Source: Sphaerodactylus townsendi (Eukaryota). From it: a stretch of DNA of 64,000 nt. Location of the stretch: NCBI RefSeq assembly GCF_021028975.2, contig NC_059425.1, positions 81,964,001 to 82,028,000 of the forward strand. The letters run 5' to 3'. The notes beneath the pieces are model-generated. The model had not been told where the DNA came from, ran no database searches, and was given only the letters and a program-made list of their open reading frames with translations. A program made the position numbers and the translations under genes. Shown piece after piece: positions 49,379-60,687 of the stretch. Within the stretch, counting starts at the first letter, position 1. Every line of letters begins with the position of its first letter.

Positions 49379-50860
49379 CTTGGAGGAAGAGCAAATATAA
49401 GATACAAAAACATAGTGGCTGGAGTTTGAAAAGGAATTGCTTCTTTGCCAATCCTGGAAAGATTTTTTTTAGTATATAGTTAACAATTTGATTGTCTGTT
49501 AATATAGAACAATATTCCAGTTTCCTAATTGCATGTTTTAGCCTTTCAGTGACACATACAACATGAAATTCTTTTGAAACCATGGATTTATAACTAGCAT
49601 GGTTTTTATTCCATTAATGACATATTTTTCAAGACTTTGGATAATTAACTGAACTTGTTGAAATAATTGTCCCTTAATTTAGGATTAAGCATGCAGCATG
49701 CCATAGAAGAGAACATTTTCATGTGTGATTATATGTGTGATTGTTCCCAAATCATTGTATTGCATTTTTGTGAATTAGGAACTAGGACTGTTGGTTTTCA
49801 GAGATGATGGTGAGTGGAGTGTCAAAGGTGTCACTTGTCCACTTTTATCTCCACCTCCTAGCTGTTTGAGTTTCCTAACTGCTGGGCCCTGTAGTATCTC
49901 TGCCCAATCATAGATCCACCTTAAAAAAAATAAATTGGAGAGTATAGATGATCTTCCATGGTACAAATTTAGACGTTGCAAAGGCCTAGGATTGCCTGTA
50001 GAGCTGATGTGGGGTGGGAAGCAGCACAGATGACCTTGCACATAAGAGATCCAATAACTCTTCCTACAATACAGGATTAGGATGAAATTAAGAAGCTTTA
50101 TCCCTGAGTGATAGTGAGACCAAAACGTCAAGGGCAGCAAAATTGTTTTTGGATTGGGAAGATTTCTTCACTAATGGTGCATTAGACTTCAGAAAAGCCT
50201 AGTTCCTTTTCCCTCTTCAAGCGATGCCATTCTCTTACTGGTGGTTTCACTTTTATTCATTTGCAAATGGATCTAGTTCATTAAAATATTCTGGCTGTTT
50301 CTTGCCGGATAAAGATCAGACATTGTAACGTAAAGGCATGTGTCCTTGTTATTTTCACCAAGCTGAGTTGGTGAGTGAATGTTGCAAGAGTGGGATGACA
50401 GAATATTCTCATTCTGCAAGAAGTGACCAGCTCAAAGCAGCAGCCATGATATTCTGTTATCCAAATTAGTCTGGTCTGTTCCCTTTTAGTTTGGGGAATT
50501 AGCAGGGAACAGACCTTGCAATGCGAGAGGCTGGGTGGGGATATTACACCAATTTATACAGAGTCCAGATCCTTTTAGAAATCCACACACACACAAAAAC
50601 AGAATTTAGAAGATTTACAATTTATTAAGGATTAAAATTAACAAAAATATACACACCAGCTGCAAACACACACTCATAGAGTTTCAAGGAGTCTGGAATA
50701 TAAAGAAAAGTGATCAGTAGAGGGAAATAGAGGAGAGTGTTGAGGGGAGGGTGATATTTACCATTCCCAAAGTAACAAGGGCCAAGGGGGAAAGACAGTG
50801 GCCAGCACTGCTCACAGGCACAAGGAGGACATCCAAGCACAAACAGTCATGGATTTAGGG

Positions 50861-51501
50861 CAGGGGTCCCCAAACTACGGCCCGGGGGCCAAATGTGGCC
50901 CCCTGAAGGCATTTATCCGGCCCGCCAGGCATGGCGGCGATGGCTCCATTCATGTGCAGTGGGGGCTCGAGGGAGAGGAGGAACCGGCCCCAATGGCTGT
51001 TGATTGCAATTACATGATGGCACCCCCAAATCTCCATGAATTTTCTGACCCAGAGTTGGAAACCTTACACGTGGCAACTCCTGCTCTGCCCTTCCCTCTC
51101 GGCTACTCCATGTGTTGCTCTCAGGCTTTCTGTTCCGCCTCACTCCCATTGGCATCAGGCAGGCTGGTGAATCGCTCGCTGGCTGCTAGGGAGGAAGAAC
51201 CCAGGAAGATACCTAATCCTGGGTTAGATGGAATGCTTCATTGGGAAAGTTCTGCTTTTTTTTTTTTTACAGGGGAAGGTATTCCACAGCCTCCCCAACA
51301 ATATTTGGAGCCCACCCTGTACTTGACATACTTTGGTCACTGTTCTAAAAATAGACCATGACAGAAAGGCTGAAAGGTGAAATCAAACATTTTACAATCA
51401 TTTGTGCATAGGAATTTGTTCATAGTTTTTTTTAGTCCGGCCCTCCAACAGTCTGAGGGACAGTGAATTGGCCCCCTGTTTAAAAAGTTTGGGGACCCCT
51501 G
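50861..51501. mobile_element. hAT-Charlie non-autonomous element, OposCharlie1/OC1-like ends
   Basis: 16-bp perfect TIR caggggtccccaaact; perfect TSD ATTTAGGG; right end tccggccctccaacagtctgagggacagtgaattggccccctgtttaaaaagtttg. Confidence 0.9.
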
Positions 51502-51995
51502 ATTTAGGGGGTCTATTTACAGGAAATATTGACCATCTGACTATAAGAGGGGCAGTCTTCCTGGAACAAAGCAGGGTTCTGTTCCCAGATAGGAACAATG
51601 CTATGGAAAATACTTAATTGGGTTAAAACCTGGGAGTGCCTATCTCCTAATTAGGTTTGGACTGCATTGAAGGTATTAGGACCAAGGGTATTTGAAGTCA
51701 GAATGAGCCTGGACAGCTAAACCAAGAAACTTTGGAAGGTTGATGGTTCTTTAATAGTTGGACAGGACATTTAAGATTAAATTAACATTTGGGGATTAGC
51801 ATTCAGGTAATCCAGCTAGTTCGCTGATAGATTCAGGGCATGAAACATTTGCATGATCTTGTGAGCTCGATGACAGGTGTGCCTACTCAAGACTGCACTG
51901 TTGTTATCCAGATCCAAACTGCTGAGCTTTCAGGGAAGGTACTGATATAGGCATCCATTTTAGTCTGAATTGTCTTTGCTATCAAAATAGGACTG

Positions 51996-52128
51996 NNNNN
52001 NNNNNNNNNNNNNNNNNNNNNNNNNNNNNNNNNNNNNNNNNNNNNNNNNNNNNNNNNNNNNNNNNNNNNNNNNNNNNNNNNNNNNNNNNNNNNNNNNNNN
52101 NNNNNNNNNNNNNNNNNNNNNNNNNNNN
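51996..52128. other. Assembly gap (133 N)
   Basis: Run of N. Confidence 1.
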
Positions 52129-52814
52129 TCAACTGTTTTTCCTCTAGTCCCTATACTTTAGAAGAACCATGTAAACTGTATAAGGTTCTTTCCAAGGGGA
52201 GGGATAGGATGATGGAATTTTCAGGTTAGGAAACAAGTGAACAGGTTTCCTGAGGACTCCGACTGTGATGGAGTTTTACCTGAGTATCCATGAAGACTGA
52301 GGGGTAGCCACAGCTTCTGTGTTTGGGGCACAAAAGCCTACTGGATGAGCAATGGGAGTTGCTGTTATCCCTGGATACCAAATACATGAAGGCCATCTGG
52401 GAAGCATGTAGCTGTTTTGACATGACTTAGTTATCAGAATCCCACAGTAACACAATCACACATATTGTTTCACAGTCCATTTTTAATTATTTTTTTTCTG
52501 CTCCTAGAAAAAAAATTACATGTTTACAAATTTTTGTGGTTTTTTTTATTTCTGGAGCTGCTGAGGATTTAAGAGCATGGGTGTCTGTACTTGTTAACAT
52601 TATTTGAATTGTTTATAAGAAAACAATTTTTATATTCTGCTTTCTGTTAATTAGAGTTTGTTAAACTTAGTAAGACGTATGAGAGATTTTTGGTCTGAAG
52701 TGTGAGAACAAATCTCGAAACAGTTGAGGCAGGGAAACCAAGTCCCACATGAATCTCTAATTTGAATACAATCTATTTTATAGTCCGGCATCACACAGCC
52801 AATTGGGTACCCTT

Positions 52815-52985
52815 ATAAGGTGCATAATATGTTCAGTATATGAAATTCAATTCCCACCTTCCCCAGTCAAAAGGATCAAGTAGCAAGTGGGTGATCTGAA
52901 GACCTCTGCTTTGTACCATGGAGACCCACTACCAGTAGACAGTGCTGACCTTGATAGACCAACAGCCTGATTCAGTATAAAGCAG
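52815..52985 (+). mobile_element. Degraded Squam2-like SINE
   Basis: ttcaattccc B-box-like site, aaaaggatc..gtag, ggtgat.tgaagacctctgc, ctgaccttgat.gacc...ctgattcagtataa.gcag. Confidence 0.55.
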
Positions 52986-53644
52986 TGTGACAGGCAGAAG
53001 TAAGAAAGTGTCCCAGAGACAAATCAACCAATGAGAGCTGTGCACTGAAGCTACTGGCAGGGTTGTATTGATGGTGTTTGTAGTTGATGGGGAGTGGTTT
53101 TCAAGGCTGACAGAAGCTTAGGTTTTGAGGGTTAGTTTAACAGAGGTATTAATGTTTATCTCAAGTTGCCTGCTTTTCTAAATGAAGTTTGTTCTTGATT
53201 ACTTTCAAAAACAAACATCTTGTGTCTGTCAATTTTCACCTTAGTGACTGTTCCAGGCTTGTTTAGGTTTACACTCAGGCCCATATCCTATGCCCTTGTT
53301 TATACTTTATATTCTTTTTTTAAATTTCCTGCTAGAAAAACTGGTGCAGTGGGGTAGGTAGGAGGGAAAAATCTTATATGGGGTGGTGACTAACTCCCCA
53401 GATTATGCATCACAGTTTCGTGTGCTCAAATGTATTGAAACATTCTGGTTTGCAGAAATAATTTGTGCATATTTGTGTACATTTGTGTGATATGAGCGTG
53501 CTTCTTGGATCTACAGATTATTCCAGGATTACTTTGAAGAACAGAAATTTGTCAAGACCACAGAAAAGAATCATGAGGCTCAATCTTCCACTATTTCAAG
53601 GCTGCTGAGACTATAGGCCTCTTCTGCTGCCAATTATCCAGTTC

Positions 53645-54433
53645 CTTTACAATTCGAGCCTCACCCAGAGGCCTAGGAAGTTGTAATGAATCGGCATAGT
53701 ATTCGTGCGGATCCCAGCAGGGCTGTCTTCTGAATTTGACAAACGTTAATTTTGTCAATTTGAAGATGTTTCAAGTGCTGCCCTAGTGTTTTTGGGATGG
53801 CGCCCAGGGTGCTAATTACTACTGGGATGACCTCAGCTGGTTTGTGCCATAGATGCTGAAGCTCAATTTTCAAATCGTGGTATCTAGTGACCTTCTTGTT
53901 TTCTTTTTCAATGACCCTGCTGTCACCGGTTACTGCTATGTCGATGATGGTCACTTTCTTGTCCTTGATCACAGTGATGTCTGGTGTATTGTGTTTCAAC
54001 ACTTTGTCTGTTTGGATTCAAAAGTCCCACAGGATCTTGACCTTCTCATTTTCTGTTACTTTCTCTGGACAATGTTCCCACCAGTTTTTAGCTGTTCTTA
54101 TGTTGTAATTCTTGCATAAATTCCAGTGGATCATCTTGGCCACTGAGTTGTGCCTCTGTTTGTACTCAGTCTGGGCAATCTTTTTGCAGCAGCTGAGGAC
54201 ATGATCTACAGTTTCATCAGCTTCTTTGCACAATCTGCATTTTGCATCATCCGAGGATTTTTCGATTCTGGCCTTGATCAAATTTGTTCTAATAGCTTGC
54301 TCTTGGGCGGCTAAAATCAGGGATTCAGTTTCCTTTTTCAGACTTTCATAGCCAGGTCTTCTCATTGTCCACCTTGTCCTTCTCCAGAAATTGGCCAAGT
54401 AGAGCTTTGTTGTGCCAGCTTTCAGCCCTCATT

Positions 54434-54435
<2 letters not shown>
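53645..54435 (-). mobile_element. 5'-truncated R4/Dong-clade LINE (restriction-like endonuclease)
   Basis: LILAAQEQAIRT, CRLC...ETVDHVLSCC (CCHC), RHN, KILWDF, HNTPDI, IIDIAV..D, E..K..RY, QKTALLGSARIL. Confidence 0.93.
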
Positions 54436-54489
<54 letters not shown>

Positions 54490-54539
54490 CCTCCTCCTCC
54501 TCCTACATAAGAACATAAGAACATAAGAACATAAGAACA
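54436..54539. repeat. Compound microsatellite (CAT)17(CCT)6 plus (CATAAGAA)4
   Basis: Directly visible; the octamer is the tail of a - strand CR1-type element. Confidence 0.95.
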
Positions 54540-55204
54540 AAGGGTAGCTGGACTCAAACGCCCAAAGAGTATGTTCCATCTAAGGTCCAGTCTGCTTAAA
54601 CTCGCAGTGGCCTACCAGGTTTAGGTGGATATGTGTATATTATCTGTTCATAAAATAAATGACTCTGAATTGAACTGGCCTGCAATCAGACGGAAGCCAT
54701 GTATTGGTCCCAATGCAGCTATGCTCTCTTTCTCTTGTAAACAAGCAAAACAAGTAAAAAAGAAACCACACAGTGAGTTAAAATGCTTATTTCAAAAGCC
54801 AATTGCATATATTTATATAGAAAATTTCTGTGCCACTTCTCCAATGAACCTGCTAGAGGTGATGTACAAAGGAAAGCATAATATAACAAACGGTTTTGTT
54901 AAACAGTTAAAAAACCCAGTAGAAAACAAGGAGCCTTTACAAAAGTCACATAAAACAGCTGTTTACCTAGAAGCAGACTATAAAATAGAGGTGAAAAGAT
55001 CTATGAAAAGCCTGATTTAACAAAAAAGAGAGAGAAAGGTTTTAGCTTAGTGCTTAAAGGAGTAGCGTCTCAAGGGGAATGCCATTCTACAGGCAAGGTG
55101 CCACTGCTGAAAAAGAACACTTACAAAGGAAAAACATGTACATATCCGGAGAGTCTGCAACCAATAAAATCTAAGTGAGGCTGCTCCCATACAGACCTCA
55201 AGAG

Positions 55205-55417
55205 TAGAGTTGCCAACATCCAGGTGGTGGCTGGAGATCTTTGGCTATTAAAATGCATCTCTGGGCAACAAAAAACAACTCACCTGGAGAAAACGGCTGC
55301 TTTGGAAGGTGAACTCTGTGATATTGTGCTGCGTTGAAGTCCTTCCCCAAACCCCATCCACCTTAGGCCCAACTCTCAAAATCTCCAGATGTTTCTCAAC
55401 CTGGTGCTGGCATCGTA
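55205..55417 (+). mobile_element. TAGGGTTGCCA-family hAT MITE
   Basis: Homologous to 57228-57424. Confidence 0.75.
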
Positions 55418-55820
55418 TTGTGCAAGTTTGGTTGCCTGTATCTTTTTCAGTGTTCTGTATGGCCCTAGATGCCATACTTGGATTTTGAACAGTGTTAATT
55501 AGCTGACTAATGTCCTCCAGGAGACACTGAGAAAACCCTTTCTGAAATCAAAGTCACTAATCCAATTATGTAATGATAAAAACCAGGACAAAATAAGGGA
55601 TAAAACCTTGTACTTTGTGGGACCACCAGCCTTTCTATTGTGATAATACATTTATTTAGCTTATTTATAGCTTGCCTTCCTCACTGAGACTCAAGGTGGG
55701 TTCAGACACAGAAAGAGAGGGAGTGCAGTTTGGCAGTGCCTGGGAAGGATTGAATTTGGGACCACAGCAGGGATGTGATGCCATAGAATCCACCCTCTGA
55801 AGCTGCCATTTCCTCCAGGG

Positions 55821-55968
55821 CAGGGGTAGGGAACCTGCGGCTCTCCAGATGTTCAGGAACTACAATTCCCATCAGCCTCTGTCAGCATGGCCAATTGGCC
55901 ATGCTGGTAGGGGCTGATGGGAATTGTAGTTCCTGAACATCTGGAGAGCCGCAGGTTCCCTACCCCTG
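55821..55968. mobile_element. 148-bp near-perfect palindromic hAT MITE, nested in a TAGGGTTGCCA MITE (about 55720-56042)
   Basis: Perfect TSD CTCCAGGG; palindrome centred on ggccaattggcc. Confidence 0.95.
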
Positions 55969-56943
55969 CTCCAGGGAAACTGATTTCTGGCTCCTGGAGA
56001 CCAGGTGTAATTCCATGCTTCACCTGGAAGTTGGTAACCCTATCCCAGAATAGGTCTGAAGTCCAACCAAGATCTTTCTTCCAGCAACTGGTACAGGTTT
56101 ATTTTGTTTTGTTTATATTTATTCTGACCCTTCTCCAAGTTAGTTCAGCTCAGAGTAACATATCCTCACAACAACACAGTGAAGTAGCTTGGATTACTAC
56201 TGGTCCCGTTGCAAAAGAGTCATTTCTGATAAAATTAGAAGTAGGGATAATGTTCAGCTTTGTTTACATGGCTCCCAGCCTGCAAAAATTATCTGGCTGC
56301 TCCATATTTGGTACACTATTGTTGTAGAAAAATATGCATGGCATTAAAAAAGATAAAGCAGTATTTGTTTTGTCTTATGCCTTACTCCCAAAACACACTA
56401 CTTTCATAAGCAAAATGAGTTTCAGTGTCCCTAATGGATTTTACATGATTCATGTGAATCCCCTGCTATTGTTGATACGAGATGGGTTAACATATGAACA
56501 GTGTCAGCCTAACCATGTTGCTTTCATAGTAAGGAAAAGTAATTATATTTTACTAATTCCTCTATTAGAGGAAGAACTGCATTGACAGTGGGGTTTCTTT
56601 ACTTTGCCTGACTGAGGAAGGAAGGTGCCTTATAATGATCTGATATCTAGTTCTGAATTACTCACCATTTGTGAGATTGCCCTGGTCTCTTCAAAACAGA
56701 ATACTTGGCACCCTATCTCACCTAAAGCCTGCAGTAATTAGGTACAGAAAGTTGTCTATACATATTTCACTGTTTCCCTAGTATTTGAAAGTTTACTGTA
56801 ATTTACCTCTTTGCTTTGTGACTTTTGGATTACCCATGTATTCTGTTTTGCAGAGGCACTCACCTTCATCCCTTTCAACCTGATTTCGAAACTGTCACCA
56901 AAATCTACATTCATTGTGCCCTTCTCTAAAATAGGAGAAAAAA

Positions 56944-57201
56944 GAAGAGGAGTTTGGATTGATACATTGCCTTTCTCTCCTATAAAGAGAGTCAAGGTGG
57001 CTTACAAACTCCTTGTGACATAGGTGAGGTTGAGAGAGTTCTGAAAGAACTGTGACTAGCCCAAGTCACTCAGCAGGAATAGGAAAACAAATTTGCTTCA
57101 CCAGATAAGGCTCTTCCGCTCATGTGGAGGAGTGGGGAATCAAACTCAGTTACCCAGATTAGAGTCCCCCTGTTCTTAACCACTACACCTCGCTGGCTCT
57201 C
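56944..57201 (-). mobile_element. Older Squam3 SINE
   Basis: Same head and tail as the other copies, more diverged. Confidence 0.8.
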
Positions 57202-57227
57202 CAAGCCTTAGTGACGCTTAATAGAGC

Positions 57228-57424
57228 TAGGGTTGCCAAATTCCAGGTAAGGCTTGGAATTCCTGGAACTACAACTCATCTCCAGACGACAGAGATCAGT
57301 TCAGGAGAAAATGGCAGGTCTGTGGGGCAGACTGTAGGGCATTGCATCATTGCTGAGCTCCCTCACTTCCAAATTCTACCCCCAAATCTCCAGGACTTTC
57401 CCAACCCTGGAGCTGGCAATCCTG
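57228..57424 (+). mobile_element. TAGGGTTGCCA-family hAT MITE
   Basis: TIR tagggttgcca / tggcaatcctg; TSD aatagagc / aatacagc. Confidence 0.8.
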
Positions 57425-60289
57425 AATACAGCCTAACTACATGTCATCTTTTCCTTGGGACCTCCCTGGGTCTGCATAGTAAAACATGTATAGTGAATTC
57501 TATGATTGGACCTTAATCCCACGTGCACTTGGACCTGGTTTTGAGAAGGACTGTGGCACAAAGGGAGGGGGGGATTTCTCCTTCCTGACAAATGGCTGTG
57601 TGACCAAATTGTCCATTGGAGAAACCCAGAGCAGGTCATGTGGAGTCTCCAGTGAGGCAATTAATTATTCCCTGGGGCCCTTTCAAGTGTGGAAAGTGGA
57701 GGGAAGACTGAAACTCCTGCTCCTTGTGTGCTGTAGTCCCAATCTAAACATGAGGCACACTCAAGCTCAGATTTCTAGCACAGAACTCACAATACCAGCT
57801 TGATCATGTAGACCTGGGGAGGACCCAGGAAAAGTGTAATGTGTAATTAGTCTGAAGGATCTATTGAATTTTTAAAACTCCGAATTCCAGACTTGGTTTG
57901 ACAGACATGAACCAAGCTAAGTATTTATCATTGGGCTAGATAGGCCAGTGTCAGCATTCTTGGTCTCTGCGGTAACAACAGCGTGCTGATGAAGTATGAT
58001 TGGCTCAATCAGTTTTCAATGGCTTTGAGGCCTCCTTAAAGCATCCATACAGGAAAATAAAAAGGAAAGGCTCTTCTAGAAAACCAGAACAACCATAAAA
58101 AGAAGGACCTAAATAAAACAAATTAACTATGTTAAAGATTCAGCAACATCACTGAGTACATGAACACATAAGTATGCATACAGGATAATACAACATTTCA
58201 CACTGAGCAATAAATAACGCTGAACAATAGATATAAGCAGATCATGACAATACAGTAAGAATGTTGTAGAAGATATACTGAACAATCGTTTCAAGGCATC
58301 TGTCCTGCAATCTTCCTTTGCAAAGAATGAATCCTTAACCCAGCATTTTGTTTCTACCACTGGCTAGAAAGCCTTTGAATGCTCACTAGTAGGGCACATG
58401 TCCCTGTTTCCCATTTTGCATGATGTGATATGGGTTTTATTGCACTACAGCTCTCTCCATAGGGGGAAGTTTGGGAAACAGAACATCCTTGAAGCCCACA
58501 TCACATGACCAGTCCACATCAAGTGTTACATCACTTTTGGTCTGGCTTTCTAATTTTGCTGGGCTGTTGTGGCTGAGGCACAGAAGTCCTGAAGGAGGTA
58601 CCTGTTGAGGTAAGATGGTGGTGGTCTCTGGCTACTCCTTGTTGCCACTGCTTCTTTGTAGCAAAGAAGGTGATTCAAGTGTGAAACTAGCAGCAGCTTC
58701 AAGGCTCCTCACCATCCACAGCTTGCAGAGAGGTGAGGAAGCACAGCTCTTGTGCCTGAATTGCCCTCTTCAAAAGAAAGTTATGGAAGCTATGCTTCCT
58801 CTTACTGAAATGGTAGACAACAAGGTGTGATTATAATAGCTACTTCCTGCCCACCTTCTCTTAGGCTGCTGGTGGTGATGGTGATGCTAATTGTCTCCTG
58901 CCATACAGTTGCCTTCTAGGAGAGGCTTGCCCTTGACTGACTTCTGCCAGCTGTCCCAGGTGGCAGCCTATCAGGAAATTTCCTTGAACAAATTTGTACT
59001 GGAACATTGGCATTGGTTTGCTGTGTGAAATAGCTAAATCATTTGAATCAGTTATTGGAAACCAGATGAGACATTTTCCAGTGGCTTCATTTCCTTTTCA
59101 GTTAATACTGGGTCACTGATTATCTATTCAGCTTTTAATGAAGTTCATTGCTGGTGATTTTTCTTTCTACTTTAAGGTCTTTGCTCATCAACATTTACAG
59201 TGGAGAAAGTAGATCCATGAGACAGATTTGCAATGATCAGATTATTACTGTATACTTATTACTGTATACTCATTGTCCACCCATCACCGAAACCCCCTGT
59301 CCTGGGACTTTGGTGATAAGTGGGCAATAAGTATACAGAAAATAAATAAATACATATATTAATACTAGCAGTCATTGCATGGACAAGATAGGAATTCCCC
59401 AGCAAGTCAAATCAAGTCTACCTGTTTTTCAATTTTGTTAAAACTGGACCTATTGCCAATCAATAAGAAGGAAGCTGCTGTATTTTATAGGCTTACCTGT
59501 GAACTGACGTTTCTGCAAAGAGATGCCAGTTGCGGTTACTGATTACTTTTGAAAAAAGTAAGCAAGGTGAGAACAGGCAAAATATGACTGAAGGAACACT
59601 AGCATGCCCACACAGTTCTAAGTTTGTTTCAGAAGCTGGTGACTCATCTCTAGGATAGCCAGTTTCTTTTCTGCTTCTTTAGCAGCCTTCTCGCTATTTA
59701 TAGTATGCATGCACATTGAAGTCTGTATGAGATCAATCTTGTTTTACAAGATTACTTTGGGGAGGAAAAAATCAAGACCATTGGCCAGATGCCACAGATA
59801 TGGTGAAGAATATAGGGAAACAGCTGTTGGATTTGACCAAAAAGATCAAAGAGGATGTTTCTGCAGACCAAGTCTAGCCTCTCAGATAAGATGCCAAAAA
59901 AGAGATCCAGAATAGATTGGCCTTGGCAAGAGGGAATGAAGAAGTAACACAATAATATAACCTTTTGTAGAAACCCATATCAGTGGAATTCTATGTGATG
60001 AGGCCCAAGTGCAGAAGAATGGCAGGAATGTCCAACTTCATGAAAACAGAGATACAATTCAAAGATGAGGTGTATTTGTTAAGGGCCAAAAGGCATTCAT
60101 GTGTATGAGAAATGTGTAATCACCATTTTAAACAGACTGTGTTATGATTAAAAGTAGTAAGAATGAACTAACTTACAGATATTAAAATAAGAAGATATTC
60201 AAGTACAGATAATTTTATGTGGTGTTTGAGGTTGTTCTTCTTGCTAGGAATTAGATGTTCTGATATAGAAAACTAAGTAGATGCCTGAC

Positions 60290-60687
60290 GGCTCAGTCCA
60301 GAAGTGAATCCCCCACTGGAGCTGGTGCAAGGGGTAAATATGGTGGGGGAGGGTTATTTACTTGGACAGCACAGCTGTGCAACGTTTGACCTGGAAGCCA
60401 CCGCTCAGCCCCAAGCCTGCTGGTGCAAAATACTGTGCTGTCATGGCTGGGGGTGTTCCAGGGGCAAGCCAGGGGATGGAGCCAACTGTAATTGGCCTCC
60501 ACTGCCCACCCAGCCCTTTTGTGTCAGCGAAGCCAGCAACAGAGATACACCACATTTTTGGGGGTATATCTCCACTATCCCCTATGGGGGATTCACTGTT
60601 TTTTGGGGAGCTTCCTGTGCCCTGGGAAAGCCCTTTGGAGGAGGCAGGCCCCTCTGGATGGGGCATGGGAGCGCTCTGGATGGGCTT
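60290..60687. mobile_element. Old GC-rich MITE (CAGCCCAATCC-type ends)
   Basis: Imperfect TIR ctcagtccaga / tctggatgggct; internal inverted gtgaatccccca / tgggggattcac. Confidence 0.45.

Noticed and set aside
43911-49400. Long + strand ORFs (for example 225 aa and 176 aa)
   Set aside because: Antisense shadows of GC-rich Ngaro coding sequence.
49391-49437. Loose similarity to the Ngaro 3' end at 43554-43591 (caaata.aaga.acaa..aac...ggctgga..aaaggaat)
   Set aside because: A-rich, gapped and short, so probably chance. It also overlaps a candidate polypyrimidine tract, so I did not call it a terminal repeat.
54346-54579. Poly-Met/Arg ORF
   Set aside because: Translation of microsatellites.
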